From Octopus vulgaris (taxonomy: Eukaryota): a stretch of 64,000 nucleotides of DNA. A model generated the notes under the pieces. The model ran no database searches, was not told where the DNA came from, and was given only the letters and a program-made list of their open reading frames with translations. Made by a program: the position numbers and the translations under genes. The stretch covers positions 203,112,001 to 203,176,000 of the forward strand of contig OX597815.1 of NCBI GenBank assembly GCA_951406725.2, in the 5' to 3' direction. Every line of letters begins with the position of its first letter. Within the stretch, counting starts at the first letter, position 1. Below are positions 52,941 to 64,000 of the stretch, piece after piece.

Positions 52941-53215
52941 TTTTCTTGTTTAGCCTGAAGATGACAAAGCCCTACGACTGGATTTGGTAGACAGAAACGG
53001 AAAGACGCCCGCCGAATTAGTGTTTGTATTTGCAAATGTTTGGGTGTGCGCGTGTGTGTATGTATGCGCGCGTGTGGGGGGTTGCTTATAAGTTTACCTG
53101 TGTTTTTCCCCACCATCGCTTGACAACCAGTGTTGATGTGTTCTCGCGCGCGTAACTTAACAGTTCTAAGAAAGTGTAGATAGAATAAGTATCAGACTAC
53201 AAAAGAAAAAATAAA

Positions 53216-54001
53216 GGATCCTTTCTGTTTGACAGCTAATTTTCAGTCTCTTCAATTTCTGTTCGAATTGATTTCGTATTCGATGTAATGATGTAGATTT
53301 ATATGCTAATTAATGCTATGATTTATATGCTAATTAATGCTATGAATAAAGACTTATTAGCTTTTAAAGTTTGCAAATTTGGGGTTATTTCAGCCAATCG
53401 TAAGCCACAGAAACATTAATGCATGTTTCTATGGTAACAAGCCAAGCATGAGAACTCTTTTATCTGCGAGGTAGCTCGTGTTGACAAATATATTGTACGC
53501 GAAAGCATGTGTGTCGACGCTATGCTCCACTGCTTGTACCGATTTGCTGCTAGTACCCTGGTCGCGAGATGTACTAAACATAATGACCAAATAGGCCTTA
53601 GATCACGCACCCCTCAATTTTTTCCATTCTACACTCGGGAATTCAATCCTTTGAATTCCCGAGTGTAGAATACAAATTTGCAAAATGTTTATGAAAATTC
53701 CAAAAAATAAAAAAAAATTGTGAGGGGTTATATATGTCATGCGTAAAGCAGAAGTTGATTTATTTACAATTTCATATTAGAACACGTCAGGCAATTAATG
53801 ACAGCTTACAAATCCTGTTTTCTGCCTGGGTTAAATTATCACTCTTTAAACCTCTATAACTTTTTTCTTTTTAATCTCTGAAAAAAACAGAAGAGAAATA
53901 TCTGCTGTGATTCAACTTGGAAAACTACAGTAATACACCAAATTTTAAAATTTTGATTAAACTTTGAAATTTCCACAGCTGCGGCCAAACAGAAGAGATC
54001 C
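53216..54001. mobile_element. MITE / non-autonomous DNA transposon, Merlin-like
   Basis: TIRs GGATCCTTTCTGTTTG / CAAACAGAAGAGATCC; 8-bp TSD AAAATA(A/G)A; it interrupts a SINE B. GG termini plus 8-bp TSD fit Merlin (inference). Confidence 0.75.
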
Positions 54002-54745
54002 AAAATAGATATAGGGGTCGATTTGTTCGACTAAAATTCCCCAGGGTGGTAATGACCGAAACAAATAAAAGGTAAAAGAACTGTTTAAAGATAACAAAGC
54101 AGTGGTGTATAAGTTTTTCTCCCGTAAAAAGCGCTATAAGAACAACAGTTCATTTTGAAACCAGCAAAGATGCTCGAGCATTTACAGAAGTTGTAGAAAA
54201 CCTTTAGTGTAATATGCAGAACTTAAAAGGGAACGAGTTAAGAGAAATAAATTCAGAATAGCCAGTGGTCTGGATATAAGAAATAAAGACGAGTTATAGG
54301 AATATTAAGCATCAAACAACATAATTAATTTATTTAATGGAATCATATTCCCTCTGAGAAAAATATCAAACAAATGCGTCGTCGGTAAAATTGAGATCAA
54401 CTCTAGATGAACTGATGAGATAAAATGAATAAGAAAGAACACACCCAAAACGCACGTGTCAATGTGGTAAAGAAACAGCCTGATTGTCTGGAAGATAGGA
54501 GAACCTCTGTTTATATGTGCTTCAGTTCTCGTGATTATTATAAGAGTTATTATAAGACATTTGGAACTATACAAAAATAGAACGCATTTATGTCATCGGA
54601 TATCTAAATAATTGAAGCGAATAGCCAGTATCACAAATACAAGCAATAAAGACTAATAAAATCATATCAAACAATATACAGGAAAGTATTTAACTTTACA
54701 AGAATGATGTATATTTATGTGTCTGCGTGTATGTATACCCCCCCC

Positions 54746-54801
<56 letters not shown>

Positions 54802-54849
54802 TGTATATGTATATATGTATATACTTTGTAGACACGTGTCCACAAAGCA

Positions 54850-54886
<37 letters not shown>

Positions 54887-54987
54887 ATGTATTTAGCAAA
54901 AGTAACAGTGACTCATGGTCCGAGATTTTCAAACATTGGCACTTACCTATACGTACACACATACACACACACACACACACATACATG

Positions 54988-55911
<924 letters not shown>

Positions 55912-55912
55912 A

Positions 55913-55962
<50 letters not shown>

Positions 55963-56346
55963 ACGAAAAAAGTACGAAGAACAATTTAAAAGACTAAAAT
56001 GACACATACACACGACACAAAAAAAAGTAATTTAGTTTCGTCTTTTTTTTAAATGTAATATGCATCCTGTCACTTCAAGTTTTAGACCCTGGACCTGCAA
56101 CAACAACATATCACAACATTTCTTTCTTTCTTTGTTGGTTGGTTGCTTTGATATGCTTGTTTGTATTTTTGTTCTGTGTTTTTTTGGTAAAGAAAGAACG
56201 AACGAAACCTGATGTGTCCTTCCTTGTTTCATGATTAAAGGATCAAACATTTTAAGATTTGTAGTTGTAACTTCGGAAAAAAAGATTACAGTTAAAAAAA
56301 ATATAACAATTTTTTTAAAAAATGAAACAGCATAATTAAGTAGATT

Positions 56347-56347
<1 letters not shown>

Positions 56348-56402
<55 letters not shown>

Positions 56403-56403
56403 T

Positions 56404-56478
<75 letters not shown>
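56348..56478. repeat. (ACT)n microsatellite
   Basis: Directly visible. Confidence 0.97.
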
Positions 56479-56557
56479 ACAAGGTTGTGATCTTTTATTA
56501 TTTTTAAATCATTACATTTTTAAATCAATATACACACACACATACACACGCATATAA

Positions 56558-56593
<36 letters not shown>

Positions 56594-56599
56594 TACACG

Positions 56600-56840
56600 A
56601 GTAAGCATATAAATGCAAAACACAGTAGTAAAAAATAATACTCGAACACCGAAGTTAGAGTAGTATGCTTTTTTATTAAAGCTGCAAAAATATCACAGAA
56701 CTGTTACTCACTTTCACTTTTCCGTTCGTCGGAAAGTTGTGATCAAGACTGGAATCTTAATTACATTTGTCCAACAAACGGAAACGTGAAACTGTAATTA
56801 ACACCTATGTGATATTTTTGCAGCTGCAATAAAAAAAAGT
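56600..56840. mobile_element. pLTR-like fold-back next to (TA)n with two decayed HHR-like motifs; related fragment at 48030-48170
   Basis: AGCTGCAAAAATATCACA / TGTGATATTTTTGCAGCT inverted repeat; CCGACGA-ACGG…GAAA on minus and ACGGAAACGT-GAAAC on plus. Confidence 0.55.
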
Positions 56841-57505
56841 ATACATACATACATATATACAGACACTCAAAGAAGCACAATTAAAGGTTACAAACTTCAT
56901 TCAGGAAAAGCAAAATCCTATGAAAGTACTGGTTAATTACACATACGAGGAGTATTGAACATCAAAATTATAAATAGAAATGAGTAAATTAAAATACCTT
57001 AATTCTTTATTCAACTTTTTATTTTCCTTCTCTATCTATTTTCACTCTTCACTCTAGTTTGATTTATTTATTTTAATTTATTAATTTTTACTTATAATGT
57101 TTATGTACCGGAACGTTGAGTAAATTTTCTTATAGTAATTTTAACTATTTTGATTTTTAATATGTAATTTATTGCCTGAGTGGCTGCCGCTTTGACTATA
57201 CATTAGTAACTATATATATTTGAAATAAACTCTACACACTAAGTTTATATTGATTTACTAAGAATACATATAATAGCACAATATGATATTTTTTACCAAT
57301 TATATCTACTTGACCTTTATTATACTCAACACTCCAGATGAATATATTGTTTTATAACTCTATTTTACACAACCGTGCTCCTATGCTTAGGGCTCGACCA
57401 CTTGTATATTATGCTGTTGATGTATAGATTTTTTATTAGCGAAAGGTTTGCAGCCGCTTACTCAAAATGAGGAACTTGAACACCTACATTGTATACTTTA
57501 TCTAC

Positions 57506-57591
57506 CTCTGAAGAGATTCAATTTTCAAATGATTTTTAATTTAATTAATTTAATTTAATTTTCTGAGAATCTGTATTGAAACAGCTGTAAG
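57506..57591 (+). ncRNA. HHR-like motif with long AU-rich stem II; element ends on (CA)n(TA)n
   Basis: CT-CTGAAGA-GATTC…GAATC-tgtatt-GAAAC-AGCT-GTA-AG; stem I is weak and there is a 6-nt insertion before GAAA. Confidence 0.55.
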
Positions 57592-57659
57592 TGATGTTTG
57601 TCAATTTCTTAATTCGTAAATAATAATTTATTAATTACCTTTCTATTTTCTCAACACAT

Positions 57660-57758
<99 letters not shown>

Positions 57759-57819
57759 GGTAAAAACTTACTGTGGACAAGGCTGCGTTCAATTATAAAT
57801 AAATATAAAATGCATCAAG

Positions 57820-57858
<39 letters not shown>

Positions 57859-58271
57859 ATACATACATACATATATATATATAATTTCTCCTTGTTAATA
57901 CATGCGTGCATATATGTATCTATGTATGTTTGTATGTAGGTATTCCTATTCTACTATTATTTGTAATTATATTTAATACTTCCACACTTCTCTAAATAGT
58001 TATTAATAACTAACGATCTATACTAGCTAACTTGTTATCGAATACCAAATGAATAAAATATAGTGAAACGAAAGTAACTACAGACTAAATGTGTATATTA
58101 CGTTTTCAGTATCATTAACGGATGTTATCACTTAATAAGACATGATGTAATGAAGTAGGTACAAAGCAACACACTTAGTAAAGTAGTGTATGTATGTGTG
58201 TGTAGGTATGTATGTATACACTATATATATGTATATGTATGTATATATTTACATATATATATATACATATA

Positions 58272-58305
<34 letters not shown>

Positions 58306-60617
58306 TGATTACATCTATGCCTACACTCATATATGTGTATGTATATATATATATACAAACACATATATGCTCATAAAGAGACTGAATGGAAGATAGAAAG
58401 TGATAGATGCATAGCTAAATAGTTCTTCACATTTACGCAGACTCAATATGCCTATGCACGCGCATTCACGCATACATACATACTGCTATATGTATATATA
58501 CATACAAACACGCACGCACGCGCACACAGATACACACATATGTGTATATATATATATAGGTATACATGGTTTATGTAAAAATGGAGATGAAAGTATCAAC
58601 GATTTCCGCCCTCATATAAGTGCGTGCGTATGCTTCTGCGTGCTATGTGTATATGCATGCATGTGTTAGTATGTACTGATGTATGTTCATTTATTTGAGT
58701 GTTTGTGCGGTATTGCGGGGGTGTATTTGCAAATATGTGTGGATATATAAACTACATTACCTCATAGTCTACGTAGGCTGAAGTATATTATATATATAAA
58801 TATATATATATAATTTGAACGAATTTCAAAGCTATAATGAGAAGCGGAAAATCTATATTGACTCAATACAGTGGGGTCAAAATATGTACTTAATGATTAA
58901 AATCAGCAAAAAGTTTATTTTGAGTAGGAGGCTGTCCAAAACTATAACAGTGCACATAATGCGATGCGAATATTTTGATGAAGGATGGGTAAACAGACGC
59001 ATAAACAAGCAAAAATCACATTTCCTTAGCTGTACAGAACAGAATCAAAATCAACAGATAATTTCATAGTTTGGCGATTCGGCAACCTTATTTGGGTGTG
59101 GTCTTTGTGGTGATACATTTAAAAGAGCCCCGCAACTCTGTTGCTCTGAGTTCAATCCCTCCACATGGTCATTTTAGTAAATGCCTTTTACAGTGGTATA
59201 GAGTGAATTATCTTGCTGAATGCAGTCTGATGGACAATGCACGTGGATGGCGTACTTCCACCCAAAAGAAACGCAGTTCACGCCTTCTTTCCTGCACTGC
59301 ATGATGACAATGAGTGGCTCTATCAATTAATTATTAAAGTCTATGCTGCTCACCAAATGTAAATCAATCTAAGGTCAATTACGTAAGAGAAAACCAATGG
59401 CAAATAATCGCTTGAATGTGGCTGATAAACCTGTGTTCCAATGTTTCAAAAAACCAGTTTCAAATGACGATGACAACTAATATATTTGTTCTTCTTTAAT
59501 ACATTTATCAATGACCTAGATTTCAATCAAAATCGCTGATACGTCGAACTGACTGATCTTTCACAACATTTCAGTATTGTTTTGATATCAATATGACTTT
59601 TGAAGGCGATTATTGATTAACTATTTGAGCTTTTGCAGCTTAAAATATCATTGTTACAAGAAACTTAGTAGTATATTCGATAGACAAATTTTAGCTCAAA
59701 ATGACTGAAAATTCTTGTTGTTTCTATACAGGATCTGATGAATATGTTTTGTTAACTTAGCTGTTACATACTCACTTTTACGCTTTCGTCTAAAATATTG
59801 GATTTTTCAGTCAAGTCAAAAATAAACTAATGTTCACATTAGTTGCTTTTTGCAAAAGAACGCGAATATATAATTATATACCAAATGTGCATGATCCCGT
59901 AGAGAAGAAAAGATAAATTCTGATCAGTGCCAATCAACAACCTGACTTGAATCTCAAGTAGAAAACCTTTTACTTCTTTTTAAGTCAACAAGAAATATAT
60001 CTCCATCGCGTTTGCTGGTAAGTAACCTATTATTCAATCAACTCAACTGCCTACTGTGTTAATTAACGTATAAATCGCTTAATTAACACTGACATGTGTA
60101 CCTGTCCTGTGAGTTTTCAGGTAAAATCAACGTGAAATAGTGTGTGACACATCTGCACCTTTGAATTACAGGTGCAGTCCATATGACTGCTTTCTAGTTT
60201 CTGCTTAATCAGTTTCGTTCACAACTTTGGATAGAGCTGAGGCTATGGTAATAGACACTTGCTCAAAACTACAAAATAGTTGGATCGAGCCCGTGTGTTT
60301 GTGGTTACGGTGCAAACTTTTCAGCCACTTGACTATAATGATCTTTTGAATTGTACGATCGTCGAAGAAACTTATTTCATTTAGTGCAGAACTTTGCAAC
60401 ACATTGCTTTTTCAAGGTGTTAATCTTTATCATCAAAGTCTAAATAAATCTTCACACGTTTATGTAAATGAAGCGTATTCTAGACATATTTTAAGCCTCA
60501 TTCAAGAACATTTTTATCCTCCGGTCACAGTGCACAACTTTAGCTTTATGACGAACATGAAATAGAATAAATTAGAGTTGTTTAATTCCTCTAACATCAA
60601 GCCTCTGTATTCTTGAG

Positions 60618-60948
60618 CAGTAGTTCTCAAACGTTTAACTTCACGGCATTCCGGATATCCAGTTATATTTATTGACGCATTTGGCGAAGAAATTCTTTTT
60701 AAAAAATAGTATTTTAAAAATAAAGATTTACAAAAAATATATAAAGTTATAGTGTGCCTCATTTTCTTGATTTTCGTAAATAAAATATATAATTTATCAA
60801 TTATATTTGTGAATAAAAAAAACTTATCTGTGATACGTTTTTGAAGATGCTGAAGTGTGAGATGACTTTCAGAGAACTTGGAATTATATCTTTGAAAATC
60901 TACAGGGAATCCAGATATGCATCGAGGAGCACCATTTGAAGAGTACTG
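60618..60948. mobile_element. Old hAT-type MITE
   Basis: Termini CAGTAGTTCTCAAA / TTTGAAGAGTACTG; degenerate 8-bp flanks TTCTTGAG / TTTTAAAG. Confidence 0.5.
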
Positions 60949-61876
60949 TTTTAAAGAAAGGTAACAAGATAAGTTAGTGTTCAGTTACCTTCTCTAGTAC
61001 TTGTGGTACATGTGAAGTGAACTCGCTCTCACCGAAGTATATTATCAGAGGAATGCTGACTATTGAGAACTTGACATTTTAACCACTGTTTTATGATATA
61101 CATTCCTGAGAGACAATACAACAGTATCAGAGAAAACATTACACCAATCAGCTATACTCCAGAAACGTTAGCACATCGGTTTAGTTCCCGCCAAGGTCAA
61201 CTTTGCATTTTATCCTTTTGAGGTCGACAGAAATAAAATCCCAGTCTCAGAACTGCAGTCGATGGTATCAACGAAACCACAACACATAAAAATTACTGGC
61301 CTTCTACTTAAATCAGAAAGCATTATTGTTGTTCTAGTTGTTGTAGATATTATTGTAGCTAACATTGCAATAGTTTTGTATTTGTTGATGTTTTTGTTGT
61401 TGTTGTGATTTTGTTGTTGTTGCAATCAGTTCTATGGCATGAATTGTTTTTAGACTGGTATATTTTCCCTTTGGCCTATTATGTCCTGCTTCTCAATACT
61501 CCAAGGTTTTTTTTCTATTATTTGAATTATAAGATGTTGTGTCTGTATCTAAAATATCAAATATGAAATATACAGATTTCACAAGCTCCAAATATCCATG
61601 GAATCTTCTATTCCCAGTTTAGTTTTCATCATCTAAAGGTAAGAAATTTCATTTTTTTACCCAGGAAAATCCTTTCATAGAAAATTCTAATGTCATTAGA
61701 GATTATGACGTGCTATTATGTTGATTCAATAGTGACACGCAAACTGTTACAGCTACAGACAATGAATCCATGAAGGTAAGCATTCAGCACAACGATTCCT
61801 ACTACATACGACATTAGAATCACTTTCTGGTAACGTATGTACTGCTTACTCTTTTTAATGAATACGTGTAAACGCA

Positions 61877-61907
<31 letters not shown>

Positions 61908-62005
61908 TTGTACATGCATACAAACTGTATATACTTGTATGTTTCTGTATGTGTTTTTCTAAATGTAAATATACATATGCAAATATATACGTGTTTGAGG
62001 GTTTG

Positions 62006-62036
<31 letters not shown>

Positions 62037-62068
62037 CTCTTTGTCAGTATCTCTCTCTATATATATAT

Positions 62069-62129
<61 letters not shown>

Positions 62130-62919
62130 TATATGTGTGTATATATATATGTATATATATATATATACATATATATATGTGTCTGTGTGTACATATATAT
62201 GCATACATATATGCATACATACATGATTAATTTACGTAATGTAATTTGACTGCAGTGTGTCATGCCTACGCAGTAGATATTTATCAAATTAACAATGGCA
62301 AACCAACTATGAAATATGTCAGAATATTTTCTCTGTTCTGTTTGTACAGATAATAATAACATCTTTCCCATTTATTTTCTTTACATGCTTTACACAACAT
62401 ATATTCTGTAGATTCTGATATCTGTACGTGTTATTTTAAATTTATCTTAGATTTTCAAATACACTCAGTGTAAGTATAAAAAAAATATATTTAAGTATAA
62501 TATTTATGATGCAACCGACAAATGCTTTTCAGTTGATTACTTGCTTGTGACTAATTTATATAATACTAGTGCATGTCTTGTTGTCTTATGCCTGGAATAA
62601 GTAATACTTCGCTTCATTGAAATGTAGGTATACATTTATATATGCAAGATAGAATTCAGTTAAAGAAGATAAAACAATGTTGAAACATTTAATAGATAAA
62701 AATACAAAGTCTAGTTTCATACAGCACATTGCCGTCTTCTGCTATATTATTTCTAAAGAGCGAATTTAGTTCGTAAAGTATTTGAGGAATATTAAAATGA
62801 TTATAACATAATAAACATCCAGCTATCTTTCTGAAATATTTCAATGGAGGAAACTGGGGCGGGCAGTGCCTATGATTTGTCTAAGGTACTTGTGTACTGG
62901 GTGATAGATAAATAGATAG

Positions 62920-62960
<41 letters not shown>

Positions 62961-62980
62961 CATACAGACAGTTAATTATG

Positions 62981-63041
<61 letters not shown>

Positions 63042-63102
63042 GGGTCTCTTTTCAAAGATGCCGCTTTTTACATTATAAAAAAGCGATAAGAATATTCAGT
63101 CT

Positions 63103-63146
<44 letters not shown>

Positions 63147-64000
63147 CTTTACTGACTGTCTGTCTCCCCCTTTCTCTGTGTCTCGCTCTCTCTGTCTGTG
63201 TGTCTGTCTCTCCATCTGTGGCTGTCTCTCCCTCTCTCTCTTACACACATACACACACACACACACTCACTTTGCCCTTCTCTCTATAATGGCACAAGCA
63301 TATACATGCACACACATTCATTTTTCAGAATATTATAACAGTATTACTTGTATGTTTGTCTGTCTGAAACATTGAGTTAAATTATAAAGCTGATACATAT
63401 GAAGCTGCAGAATCTTATTTTCAATAGCTCTATCTTAATAATTTATCTAAACATTCTTTAACGATTCTTTTGAGAAATTTGTGTTGGTGTACATACACAT
63501 GCACATACATGCATGCGCACATTCAGGGATACACCCAGACAAACAGAGAGTCTGTCATATTCGTGCATATTCGTGTACTTGTGTGTACGTGTATAGGCCT
63601 CTGTCATTATACATGCAAAGAATAACAGATATGAGAGGCAGAGATGGAGACAGAGACAGAGAGAGACAGAATAGATATTCGCATTTTTGTTATAATTTCT
63701 TTAACGAGAGTGCTGGCAAATCTATGTCTGTCTGTGTCCATACATACCTATATATATACGGAGGGAGAGAAAGAAAGGACAGGGTGCGAATGAAATCGGA
63801 AATTACAAATGGACAGATTTCCCAAAAATCACATTAAAGAATTGTTATATAGTTCCTGAAGGATAAAGGTTGGGGAATGCATTCAACCAACCATGTATTA
63901 TCCCAGGGTAATTTTCTTTTTCTGTATGCTAACGAAAACTAGGGTTTCAGGAACATTGATATTTCTTTGAACATTGAATATCAGGAACATTGATATTTAT

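Larger units (their letters stand above)
51978..54080 (+). mobile_element. Old SINE B split into three pieces by a PLE and a MITE
   Basis: Head 51978-52075, middle 52941-53215, tail 54002-54080; collinear with family B. Confidence 0.75.

Noticed and set aside
61575-61645. AAG|GTAAGA donor with a possible short exon; similar isolated acceptors at 21020 and 42158
   Set aside because: Weak partner sites and no recognisable peptide; expected by chance in AT-rich DNA.

Overview
AT-rich, repeat-saturated animal genomic DNA. The SINE families resemble those I recall from Octopus, so a coleoid cephalopod host is likely (inference). Host gene content is minimal: a probable last coding exon, 3' UTR and polyA site at 1-1161. 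The rest is intergenic or intronic. It holds three tRNA-derived SINE families (called A, B and C here), decayed CR1/L2-type and RTE LINEs, an R2-type RT fragment, three Penelope-like elements (PLEs: two Poseidon-type, one probable Naiad-type), a non-autonomous Helitron, Merlin-like and hAT-like MITEs, and many microsatellites. Most ORF-track entries are microsatellite or SINE artefacts. The main hidden signal is at the RNA level: about a dozen type I hammerhead ribozyme (HHR) motifs from several unrelated non-coding or PLE-derived families, most of which end on (TA)n tracts and many of which form fold-backs. These include a fully canonical HHR inside a 479-bp retrozyme-like unit (55272-55911) and a natural G3:C8 compensatory core variant (36335-36384). 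Also notable are a 1.2-kb near-perfect palindrome and a SINE insertion that captured DNA from 36 kb away. All folds and alignments were done by eye.
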